Shown in pieces: positions 26,200-38,653 of a stretch of DNA of 64,000 nt. The DNA lies in NCBI GenBank assembly GCA_013239625.1, contig MU054096.1, positions 79,085 to 143,084 of the forward strand, written 5' to 3'. The notes under the pieces were generated by a model that did no database searches, was not told the DNA's origin, and saw only the letters and a list, made by a program, of their open reading frames with translations. The position numbers and the translations under genes are program-made. This DNA is from Lama guanicoe (taxonomy: Eukaryota). How positions within the stretch are numbered: position 1 is the stretch's first letter; each line of letters starts with the position of its first letter.

Positions 26200-26930
26200 A
26201 ACTGAAAAGACCATCAAACATGGTCGACAGCGCTCTCCCACCATCCATCCGCCCGCCGCGAACCCACCTGCTACGAGACAGGCTCACAGTGACGCCCCTA
26301 CCCGCGACAGCCCGCACTCTCAGCCTCGCCTCCCGCCGAGGGAAGCTCAGGCCGGAGCCCCGGGCTGCTCCGCAAACACCTGCGGGCATCTCCCTGGAGA
26401 CCCAGCCTGAAACCGCGCGCAGACCGAGGAACGTCCGCTCCTGCGCCACTCACCGCGCCCGAGGAGGGCCCCTCCTTCAGGCCAAGCCCGAAGTCGTCCT
26501 TCTCATTGTCTCTGCTGCTGTCACACTCCCCGCGGCCCACGCCGGGTCCCGGCAAACTCGAGGCACCGTGCCAGCCGCACCGTTGGCTTCTCGATCAAGT
26601 CCTCCTTCCGGCCCGCGACTGGCGCGGCCTAGCCAATGGCGACCCGTCTTCTTCCGCCGGCCGGGCACTCAGCCAATCAGAGGCGGCCGTGCTGCGGCCG
26701 GCCGGGCGCCCTAGCGACGGGGACGCCAGCCTCAGGTTGCCGTAGCAACCGCAGCACGCGCTGTTCCCGCAGCCCGGCCGCCGCGGGGAGGAGGCGGCGC
26801 TTCGGGAGCCCGAGCCGGCGCTGCTGGCTGGTGCACAGGGCTCCTAGGACCGTCGGCGCTTCTAGACTTGGTGCGCCCGCCTCTAGCGTTTGAACTAAAA
26901 TGGCTGGAGACGCGCAGCTTCGTCTTTGGC
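26200..26930 (-). promoter_or_regulatory. NEK10: CpG island / NEK10 promoter with RFX X-box and paired CCAAT boxes
   Basis: Very high GC and CpG density; GTTGCCGTAGCAAC at 26736-26749; CCAAT at 26633-26637 and 26673-26677; ~3 kb downstream of the SLC4A7 3' end. Confidence 0.88.
26454..26600 (-). other. NEK10: Probable NEK10 non-coding exon 1 (TSS position approximate)
   Basis: Strong donor GCG|GTGAGT (intron starts at 26453) inside the CpG island, just downstream of the CCAAT boxes on the minus strand. Confidence 0.65.
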
Positions 26931-29564
26931 TGTTCAACTTCAAAAATTCCTATGGACTAAAAATCACTTCTCTTCCAAAGCAGAGATATAGTTTGAAAAG
27001 GTGCAATGCCGCATGCTAAATAGCTTTCATTTAAGCTGCAGTTAAGGTGCAAACATTTTCAGTTGCTCGGGCGCACCGCATGCCTCGGGCGACGGGGATG
27101 TGGCAGAGTAAAAGCAAGGGCGACCTGTGTGACCTGTCACTACTGCGTTTTGTGGCTTTGGGCAAGTCTCTCTGCCTTCTATGGAAGTCCGAAGCTTCTT
27201 TTTATTGAAGTTTGAATTGTATTAAAGATTTTTTCTTTACAAAAAAAAAGCAAAACAACTTCACATTATAAAGCTTTGAAAAACGAAACATACTGAATGC
27301 TTATTTTGTGCCAGGGACTGTTCAAAACCCTTTTCCTTGTTGTTTCCCTTACTCTTCACATCATCTGGTTCTTTTTCACCCTGGAATTGTAAAATGGAGG
27401 CTCAACATGGCAGACCTAGTAAGCCATGGAGTCAGGGTAGAATCTGACACAGTTTCAATTTAGAGCCTAGGCTTAATCACCACGCCTCTCCCTTGACAAT
27501 TTCCTTAAGCATAGGGCTTCCTCAACCCCATCTTACTATCCCTTCCGATGCCCACTGGTAGGTCAGTTAGCGCGGTGATTAAATGTCCCAAAACTTGATT
27601 TAAGATGAATACACAGAACACGTCCCTAATGTTTCTCTGCTTTGAATAATAATGAAAAGTCGGCCCAATGGGACAACACTTAGGTTTGAGTAATTGAAAA
27701 CACCTTTTCTAAACTAAAATAGTAAGTTTCCACTTTGGAAATACAGAAAGGTGAACTGAAAGTCAAACTCGGGTGAATATAGCAGAACTAATTAAGCTTC
27801 AGAGAACATAAAGCCAGCAGGAATAATGTTACCCATAAAACACAAAAAAAGCTGACAGGGGAGGGCAGACTTATGCCAAGGAGAAAAAGTATTCTCTACA
27901 GACGTTTTAAATATTAAGCAGTGAGACAAAATTACCCCTCTGAACTTCATCAGAGTATTGAATGTGCTTTCCATCCTTTTCCTTAATAACAAATTAAACT
28001 TACTGTTTCGGCCTTCCCTGCAATAACTGGAAGTGGCACAGATGACTAAGTGGCATGAGACACTGGGCTCTGGAGGAGAGGTGCACCATCACCTCCACCT
28101 GCGAGGGCCCCCACACTGCTCTGGAACTCGATAAATATACACGACCAAAGGGGTCATTCTTGCACCCAGGTTATGTGGTGGGGTCCAAATCTGTAAGACC
28201 GAACATCCTTCCTCCTGTTGCTGAATACCCCTTTTACTATCCTGAAGTGAATTCACAAGTCATGTAAATTAGATGGTTCAAAGGTTAAACAGTATAATGT
28301 CATAACTATAACATAAGGAACAAATGAAAGTAACTCAGGTAGGTATTGGACGAGATAAATATTCAAAGTCGACTTAGCATGAAGACAAAAACAATTCCCC
28401 ATGTTTCTAACAGACCCCCTACTGGTCTAGGACTGAAACAAAACCCAAAATACGGGATTTTAAACACACACACATTTGGAGTGGAGGCATAAGAATGCTC
28501 GTACAGAACAAAGGACGAGGCCGAGCACAATCCAAAGAAAAAGCGCAACTCAAATTGAGCTTTGAAAGTAGCAGAGAAATAGAAAGGAAGGTTCTCCAAA
28601 CAAGAGGAATATTTTCATTACAAGCTTAGAGGCAGGAATGTAAAGGTCACAGAACTGACACTGGAGAGATCAGATATGCCTTAAGGAGCCAGATCAAGCC
28701 AAAATGAGTTGAGAAATTCATTATCTCCTTTCTTGGCTCCACCCCCAACTCTGTCTCACACACACATCCCCCCCAAAGTTCTGTAGATGAGAATAGTAAG
28801 TTGACAGAAATATTTTTCCCTAAAGTAAATGTAAGCAAAACTTTCAGATGAAATTTCCAAAACCAGTAAGCAGCTTGTCCCACTTCACTCCCAAAGGGTA
28901 TCAAATTCATTGTGGGGTAGCAGAAGCTAAAGTTATGGTGCAGAAAACACAGGAGGGAAGTGTTACAGACATGCCTAGTGGAAAACAAACCTAGTACTGC
29001 CATTTGCTATTACTAAAAAAATTTCATAATGAAATTAAAAACAGAGAAGAAAAACAAGACTTGAGTCTGTGAGAGTTTAGTATTAACATGTTCATTACAC
29101 ATCATGTGATGTGTGTTCATTACACAACACAATGCAAAATTCTGAACAGGTGTGTCTTAAAAATAGGGGAAAGAATGGACTAGCCTATCTTCAAGGGCTT
29201 CAATTTCAATATTTAACTATCAGAAAGTCACTGTGATACAAGTCAGTAAGAGAAAAATACAGATGTATTACTCAAATAACTGAAGTAGCATTTTTTGGTA
29301 CTGCCCTGATGGCTTGAATGTATTCCTGTATCTGTAAAATGACTGTACTTCCCCCCGAAATAAATTTATGTTAGGTTTGAAAACAAAAGGAAAGAAAGGA
29401 AGTCGTTGTGAAACACGATTTTGTTTCATCTTCTTTTCTCACTGTTTCCTCTTTTCTGTGTCCTGCTTACTGAAGCGCATGATATTAGGAAGCTGGAAAT
29501 AGAAACTGATTTCTCATGAGAAAGACATGCAGCTCTTCTAATCTTAAAGTAAAGACAATATTCA

Positions 29565-32500
29565 GCGACTGAGTCAGTACTTTTATTGCTCTTTTGACTT
29601 CAGTAACATTTCCCAAAAATAGTTTTCTTCCAATATTATGAAACAGATTTGAAAAGCAGGATTATTCACATTATAGACTTGGTAGATATTTGTATTTCAG
29701 ATAAATGAAAAATATCGGTTCTACATTTTAAATGTTTACTTTACTTTGGATTTTATTACAAAAGAAAATATTATCATTGTAATTATAAAAGTCATAAAAA
29801 TTAGAACTGTACTGTTCTTATTATACCAAGCTATCAAATACTGTATAAATGAACAATAAAATTCCATTTCTATTTAATTTAACATAGTAAACACGGAAAG
29901 ATAAACCCCCTACAAAAACAAAAACAAAAAAAACACAAAACTTTTAATATGAAATTCACAAAAGAAAAGCCACAACAGAAAAATCAATCAACACACAAAA
30001 ATCTGATTAAAAAAACAAGTGGGGTTTAACAATTACTCTAAGTCAACTGTAGAAGTCAGTATATGCTAGTTAATTTATATGTTTTAAATGATCTATAGAT
30101 GATTCCACCTTCAACTATGCTTTCCTATTATTGACACTTTTTAAAAAGTTAGAAAAGAACCAACTTTACCTTAAAACTGCCAAATTTTGAACACTATTTT
30201 AAATTGTGAATCTCCTTAAAGCCTTATGTTTACTTCTCACAAATAAATAATTGTTGGACTAAACCAAAAGATGTTTCACATAGTTCTACTGCATACAACA
30301 GCAATGATGTGATCTACATAAATAAGTTTAAAACATTAAATTATTTTAATTTAAACATTTCTGAATTAATTACAATGTTCTATCAATGGCTTACATATCT
30401 GAAATCAGAGCACTTTAAAACAGGATTCACACGCTATACTGTTGAGCGCATTTACAGAACTGATGTACATAACATGATCATTTAAAAACTGCAAGTTCTG
30501 GTGTCATACATCTGTGTCAGAGACCATTTTTTTCTTTTACAGAATTTTGAACCTGCCTTTGCAAAAGGAAAAAGCTACAAAGCTATTATAGATACACAGA
30601 AACTGCAGGTATGTGGAAGAAACAAGTATTTTTTTTGATGGAGAAAACAAAAGTTAATCATTTTGAGTGGTAAAGAAATCAGCTTTATAAATACACGCAT
30701 TAGCACACTACAAAATGCCATCCTACACATTTTACAGACTTGGCAAATATGAACAATGATACGCCACAGCTTTTTTAAACGACTTGGGATTTGCGATTGA
30801 CGTCATTCACACAAACACACTCACACGTACACACACCCATCAGTAAGACCGTGTGCCTCATTCTGCATCTCTAACATCATTAGAGCATGCATAGCATCAT
30901 CCTCTCATCCTAAGCAAGGTCTTAGTTCATTGTTGTCTTGAAGCTGCAATTTTAGAGTGAAATAGCATTCAAAAGAAAGTAAATTTTAGATGGTCAGCAT
31001 GAGGATGTGTTACAGTCTTCGTAAACAGACATCTGTAAATAAATAAAATGGGTGGAGGAAAGAACACCCTGAGGTGGCTCTGCAGCCAGGGTCTCACCAG
31101 CACGAAGCTCCACCCTGGAGACCAGAGCATCTGAGAAAGTGCAGGGCTGTTTATATGAATTTATTGTATCAATGGACTATGTACAGGTTTCGTTCTCTTG
31201 CACCTTGAGGTAAATCAGTGCATCGCAATTACTGCTGCTCGTGTATGCCTGTTCAAGGCAACATTTACAAATCAATGTATGTAGTAAGTCATATTTTCAC
31301 TGTCTTTCAGTGAATGCTATCCATGATCGTTATTTCTCAAAAACAGTGGGAATACATCACAGCCACATAAAACAAGCAAGGACTTAAAATATGAGTTACC
31401 TTTGCTTTTCAATGGAGTAGTCACATCAGATGATTTGTGAGTCAAGTAGTCAAAAGAAAGCAGAAACTATGAACAATCAGGAACATAGTACAAACATTTT
31501 GAGTGCAAAGCATTTTGCAAGTCATGGTTTTTCTGGCACCGGACAGACAAGACCACTGGTATTCATAATTCATTAAAATCACATCGCCACTATGATCCCA
31601 GGTAGGTTTCAGTTTAAATTTTAAAATCATTTCCTGTGAAATAAGCCCAGTTGTTGACCCTGTGATGTCCAGACACAGGAAGTGATGCGAGGAAATCCTC
31701 TTGCGCCGGTTCCTCGGGGACTTTACAAAATCACAGCAGCAAACACTGGGGTATTTGGAACCAACTGCGCTGCTGTGAATGAAAAGGACTCACTTCAGGG
31801 GACGCCCCGAAACAGTAAGAAGCACCGTGGGTGACACTCTGTTACCAGCAGCCGACAGTTTCACTCTTCCTTACGCCAGCTTTATTTTCTGCAGAAAATC
31901 CGCTAGCTTTCCACCCTCCCGTATGAGGCAGAAGTTGAATCCGTTTTTTTAACTAGAATCAGAGAATCTGGTGTGGAAATTATACTAGCTAAGTGGTTGA
32001 GAATGGATTGCCAGAGCTGTTGAAATACCAGCTTTTGGCGTTCCCATGATCCGCTGTAAGATGGATTTTTCATACTTTTGTACTTTAATGGCAAATGATT
32101 AAAGGGAGAATTGGAATTTCATTAAAATTTCCATCCTAATATTCATATTATTATTTTCAACATTTCAGTGGCTTCTCAACACTCACTTGGTTTTTAGACA
32201 TCCTCTCGCCAGACCAGTTTCACAACCCCATTCATCCAGTCCTACAGGCTTAACCAGAACAACATTTATTTATTTAATATGGAGCTAAAAGTATATAAAA
32301 GATGACTAAAAAGACTTGCTATAAGTTAAAAACACAGCTCAGAAAAGCGAAGTCTAACAGAAACACAAAATAGGAAGAAAGTCATCGATCTGAGCTATAC
32401 ATAACAAGTCTAAATTTCCTTTAAAATACAAATATGGCAGTGCTTTATAGCAAAGATGTAAAATCTACTGACAGCTTTCATATAATAAACCATAGATGCA

Positions 32501-33696
32501 GGTGAGCACCAACTATTTACATTAACAGTTTACTCTATATTTGTTACCTTTTCAAATGTATAATATTTAAGCGTCATATCAGTTAAAATAAATAAAATAT
32601 TTTAAAATGAAATCACAGATAACAATCTATTAAATATCTATACAACAGAAGGAACAACATACACAGAAATGAAAAGTAATTCTTAATAAAGTTAATACTG
32701 ATCATAAACCCACTTAAGAGAAATCTGACTCCTGATTACTTAAATCATACTACTTATAATAGAAAAATAATCAAAAACTTGAACCTGATACAAACGAAAC
32801 CACATTTTAAGTAAAAGACAGCAAAGGCAGGGAACAGAGCGGGCATTCGGGGCTCTAATAAAGCATTGGGACTCAAAAAAGCATTTCTACAAAGGCAACA
32901 GAATTTAACTGCTCTAAATTGGTATTTTATAGCTTCTAAAACTCACAAAGCAATGACTGGTATGATGGTTACATTAAAAGAAAAAAACCACCTGCAATTT
33001 TGCTTGTCTATCAGAATGGAAACCTAGATGTGGAGGTTTTAAGATTTAAAATTAATTTTTAAAACTTTTATAAAAGTCACAATTACAGTTCTTTTCTAGG
33101 AAGTTTCCACTGTTCTACCGCTACGGCCAAGAAGTTCCCCTTGCTTGTGAAACACCATGGACATGTACACGGCGAAACACACACACAGCAGCCACGACAC
33201 GCCAGGATGCGCGCCTGGCACTCCCGGAGACTCCCCGTCCTTCCCACGAAGCACTCGCACAAGGGAACTAACGTGAAAATTTCTAGTTAACGCAACGAAA
33301 ACTTTTAGACTTATGGACAAAATACGTATCGCTTAAGGTTGGTAGGAACTGTCACTGATAAACAGACTTTAAAGAAAAGTAGACTGAATGCCTTTCCCCT
33401 ACATTTTTCTATTACAGAACAGAAATAAAAATTTTTCCAACAGGATAAATATTTGAGTAGTAAGAACCATGTACCTCACTTCCAAGAGACCATTTCATTA
33501 TATACACGGTCCCCAGGGTGCTCCTAAGAAACTTCACACACTACTTCAAAAAGCCCAGCAGTCACGCATCAGCAGCATGACACACAATACTGTTCTATAT
33601 ACAGTGACATGAAATACACACATTATATAACACACACGCATCTGTGTATATATAGCTCTCTCTGTATCTCTCTATATACTTCCTCTTGGTTCAATT
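29565..33696 (-). other. SLC4A7: SLC4A7 3'UTR (~4.1 kb; 3' end approximate)
   Basis: Largely AU-rich, repeat-poor sequence after the stop; sense AATAAA at 32265-32270, 31160-31165, 29752-29757 and 29582-29587, the last followed by U/GU-rich sequence. Confidence 0.75.
29582..29587 (-). terminator. Likely main SLC4A7 polyadenylation signal (AATAAA)
   Basis: TTTATT on +; downstream sense sequence attgtctttacttt is U/GU-rich; gives a ~4 kb UTR similar to the recalled human length. Confidence 0.6.
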
Positions 33697-33778
33697 CTAT
33701 AATGAAGTTTCGGCATCCATGTATTTCTTTGTTGGTTCATCTTCAAAACTGATTTTCACACTTAGAGGTTTTTCGGGG
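33697..33778 (-). CDS. SLC4A7: SLC4A7 last coding exon: (S)PEKPLSVKISFEDEPTKKYMDAETSL*
   Basis: aatag acceptor; TAG at 33697-33699; class I PDZ ligand ETSL characteristic of NBCn1. Confidence 0.97.
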
Positions 33779-35695
33779 CTATTTAAAACAAAGAAGGAGA
33801 ATAAATGATTTTGAAAGGGACAAATATTACATTGTAAACACGGTCGGTAATAAACACCTGGAACAGCATTTTGAGATGACTATTAATACATAAACACGTG
33901 ACCTGCTATTACTGTCTTGTCTTACTGCTGTCTTTTCATATCAGTAAACTTAACTGGAAAAGCAAATATGAAAAAGTCTTAGTTTTTTTAATAGGTATTT
34001 TTGCCACAGAAATTCATGTTTTTCTTACAACTGAAGGAGAGCGCCTTAAAATTGATCAGTATATGATGGCTATGTCTCATTTATTCATTTTACTTTCTAT
34101 ATGAACAGCTGTAGCATTTGCCTTTTGTTTTACTGACGAATTCATTAAAAATTAATCTTTGTTAATACAGATAAGCATCAAGTGATTTCCTGCAAAATGT
34201 AACAAATTTACAAACTTTGCCTCCCCAAATTTGGTTCACAAATACAAGATCAAAATACATATTCTACATTTTCCAGTTAATATTGAATATAATGATTCCA
34301 CGTATATGGATTTATCTGATTAATTGATTTAACTGTAACATGAATATCTGGGCTTTGAAAATTTTTCCAAAGTATAAAATACATGCTATGGTTTGCCACC
34401 TTCTCCAGACAAAACTGAAAGATACCCCAAACATTTTTCTGTTGAACAACATAACCAAACATTTTCTTTCTTCCCGTGTGATTCTGAATTAAGGGGCAAG
34501 CTGAATGAAAGGCAGGAGTACAGAAGACAGAATAACAGTACTGTACAGTTTTTGCATTCATCCTAATATACTAACATTCTGGGCCAGGGGTGCTGACAAG
34601 GTGTGAAAAATTACTAAGAGTCAAAAGAACATCCAGTGAAATTCTGGCTGCATGGAATCACCCAAAATGACAAACTGTTTAAGTTAAAAATGTCTGAGAT
34701 CAAAGATAGAAGTGAAGGAAGGACACAGTCCAGCTTAGAGAATTACAACTCAAGAAAGAAATGATGACAGAAAAGAATAACAGAGATGAAGTAGGAGCAA
34801 GGTTCGAGAAGCATGCAGAGAAGCCCAATGGATCATTATCAAAAGACTGTCTCCAGAAATAACTAAACAGAAACAGCTATGCGAGCGACTGCTGGCCTGG
34901 GAAAGGTTTTTGATCTGATGCCCAAACAGAACATACCGACACCCAGCACAGTGTCGGACACAAAGTGTGCACAAAATAAGTATCTGTGGACTATGAATGA
35001 CTGAGCGCCCTACAGGATAACACCTCATTTCTCTAGTGACCTAAGGGATTCAAGTACTAATGATCATCAAGCCAGAATTCCTGAGGTTGAGGTCATGAAG
35101 TGAGGGGAAAAGAAATAAGTGTTATTACGTAACAAGAAATGTAAGGAAGGGGTCATGAAACAGGTGTGTAATACATGGTCGGTTATGAAACTGAATGGCC
35201 TGTCTTATGTGTGGATTCAATTTCTTACAAACATCTTCTAGGAAAATGTTTATCTCGCTGGAAGAAATAGCAGGCTGAAACCAAAGAAGGTCTTTTTTTC
35301 TTGGACCATCAGGACGTGTGACTGAGGTAGTGTTCTATTTTAGTATTTAGTCCCTAGTAATTATCTTTCTTGATATGGTTTCTGATCTTTTATATATTTA
35401 TTCGATATGCATATATTCGTTTTTATTATACAATAACTCCAATTCTTTTCTGAGATAAGCAGCTATAAAGAAAAATAATGAAACAATCGGTACCTGTATC
35501 TGATTCCAGTATACAGTTAAGTGATGGAGAGGTGGGTGGGTGAAAGGAAGAAGGAAGAAAAGAAGGTTGGTTTTGTTAAGTTAGGAGAATATAAATCATG
35601 TGAATTGAGTTAAATTTAATGATTTTACTGATAGCTATCCATAAGCAAACTGAAAGTCGGCTATAGTTAGAAAATGCATAAATGGTCACAGCTAC

Positions 35696-35803
35696 CTCGC
35701 GTTAGCTCTGGTTACTTTGGCATTCTCAGTATTCATGGACAGGGCCTTCCACTGGGCAGTTTTGGCCATTTCATCTGATATGTTAACAACTGAGGGATCA
35801 ACA
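35696..35803 (-). CDS. SLC4A7: SLC4A7 optional 36-aa C-terminal exon (splice cassette III): VDPSVVNISDEMAKTAQWKALSMNTENAKVTRANA(S)
   Basis: 108 nt symmetric phase-2 exon, ttcag acceptor, gtagct donor; matches recalled NBCn1 cassette III. Confidence 0.93.
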
Positions 35804-38555
35804 CTGAAGAACAAATACACTTTCTGGTTAGTATTCAGTACTTGCAAAAGCATTAATACCGTCATTCTTATTCTCTATATAATATTTGCTTTCATCAACT
35901 TAAAACTGAGAAAACTCTTTGCCGTGCACTTAAAACAAGGTCTAGCAAGATATCAGTATTTTGGAATTCTACTGTAAAGGTCTCACAGGGAACTGCATTT
36001 TTCTGTATAATCAAAACTAGGAATAAGACTAATTAAACTGACAATTATGCCCCCAGGTGATTATCTTGACTATGTGGATACTATTAAAATGACATAAAAG
36101 AACAAATTAATGTGCTTATAATTATTAAAAGCAGTACAGCCTCAAATCAATTAGAAAACTTTTATAGTCTGCACAAAATTCAATTTCAAACAAATATGCA
36201 AAATATAAAAAGAAAAATTAACATTATGATTTTTAAAAGACTTTTTCATAGCTTTTAGAAAATCATTAAAAAAGAATTTCATAAAACATGACACTTCAAA
36301 ATTAGAAATTAAAACACTGCAACAGATAACACAAAAAAGGGTTTATAAGTACCAGTTTTGGCTGGTGTAACCATATCACTAATAATTTTAGTATCACAGT
36401 GTCACTATACAAAAGTTATCAAAATCCAAAGAGCAAAATACTGTCCTTTCATTATAAGCAACAAACATACCCATTCCATGTCTATATGAAATATTGCAAA
36501 AATTACTTGAAAACCCCAAATCCAATAACAAAGCCATGTATAAATAATTTTGGGCTCAAGGTTGTCAGTCACAAGTAACAAGAAAGTATTAGGAAGTTAA
36601 TAGAAATATATTTGCAAGCCTTTTTTCTTCACCAAAAGGAAAACATTTCATGCCAATAAGCAACAAATACAAATGTCGAATTAGGTGTTAAATTAACAAG
36701 GTGATGGCAGCCGGGTTATAAATCACTAAACAGCGGTCATTTAGAAAGTGCTGGCTTTGTTCATACGTCAAATCCGCGTGTTGTTTACAACCGAAGTCTG
36801 TACAGAAGACAGCCACGGTCACTGGGGAGTCCAGGAACGGCTGCTTCACCAAGTTTTTAAAAGTGCACAAATTTGAAAGCTCAGATTCACCACGGCAGAG
36901 CCATCCCACTGGAAACTCTGTCTACCCCAAGGAAATGTTTCTTTGCTCAGATACCAACGTCAAGGAACTGAAGAGAGAAAATTCCTGAAGCCCTTCCTGG
37001 CTTCTGAATGTCTTCTCTAAGCAAGAACTTTCCCATTAGCAGAAACTGAGACCTTTTTTGAAGGAAGTATGTATTTGTTTTTCCCCAAAATAAAACTAGA
37101 TGGGGAAAAACTGTGTCTACATTAAATAATTTTCATATTTTATAGTGGTTTACAGTTTCTCAGTGCTTCCACGGGTTACCTCATTTCATTTTCATGGCAC
37201 GTCATCCAAAGCTACTTAAGATTTAACAGTCCGGCAGAGAAACAGGTCAGCCAATTCCTGACATTCTGGATATTCAAGTTTTAAGTAAAGCAGCATTAAT
37301 CGTGGCTCACGTCACCACTTCCCAGACAACAGTAAATATACATATGCCCATTCTTTTTGTTAAATATCAGACAGTGTAAGCATGGCCTCCACTAACGTGT
37401 GTCATCACAGTGAGAAAGCGGTGACGTGCGACCTACAGAAACTAAGGGGCAATCGCAGCACATTGATGGGTCACTAGTAACTATCCTGGCAGGTTCTATA
37501 CTCTTTTTAGCAACAAAGCCAATACATTAATTCATTTAGCAAACATTTACAGAAGCTACAGAGGCAGAGCACTGTACGTGCATATATCAAGATGTCTACA
37601 CTGGCCACTTAAAGTGTATCAAAATTTGAGGGAAAATCACGAAAGGTGACAAAGAATAACAGCAATGATGAAAATTAATAGTAAAAACCATTAAAAGAAA
37701 ATTACTTGTAAATTCATTTATCAAAACTAATCGATATGGACAAGTCCAAATGCTACCTCTAAAAACCATAAAGATTAGTTAAAATGAAAGAAGGTTAAAT
37801 CAAGTTAATTAAACACCAACAAACATTTTTCATTAACTGGTCAAGAAAGGAACCTATGTACATTCTAAAACTGATGTTTCTACTATAATTAGCTAGCTAG
37901 GGATGAAATAAATGTGTAGAAATAAGATTCAGATGTCTACATAAATAATACAGGCTTTTAACTTGCTGAAAAGTTTACACTTCCCAACCTTTATATTTAG
38001 TTCTTAAATTTAAATACAAATCACCTGAATTATACATGGTGAATTATGTATGAAACGTTAGTTTTTCCCTAATATGAGCTCTCACTACCAAAGGTCAAAT
38101 TGCACCTTGGAAACCTGCAGGAGGGTTTTAAGGCCTCTTTTAAACATAGCTACATAATGGAAGGTTATCAGAAAATGGATTATAAATGTTTACTTTCCAG
38201 CACACACTGAGCCCAGCCCTAAGGAAGGGCAGAGGGAAAAAAAAAAAACTGTACTACTGAGAGAATGGGGAAATTCTAGGACTAATTCAAACTTCACTGA
38301 AACAGCAGGAGTGATGAAAGACAAGAAAATCTCGTCTGCTTGGCCGGGAAGCCAAGGTCTCCTTCACTCCTGCCTGCAACTGGGGAGGGAAGGAGCGAGA
38401 GACTTCCTCATCCACCTGCAGGAAGCCTTCCTTGAGCTCACACACCAGATGTAGGTTTTGTCATCTTTTAAAAAGTAGGTTTCACATCACATGACTTATT
38501 CATACACCTGACACGTCTGCGAAGCACGTTTCACAAGATAAAAGTTATATCTCAC

Positions 38556-38653
38556 CTATATTTTAGGGCCTTCACTGGAATCTGCAAGAGGCTACCCCCT
38601 TCAAATGGAAGGTGCACAGTTTCCTCTCCAACTTGAAGCATTCGCTCAGCTTC
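38556..38653 (-). CDS. SLC4A7: SLC4A7 coding exon: EAERMLQVGEETVHLPFEGGSLLQIPVKALKY(S)
   Basis: 98 nt, AG acceptor, gtgaga donor, ends in phase 2. Confidence 0.95.
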
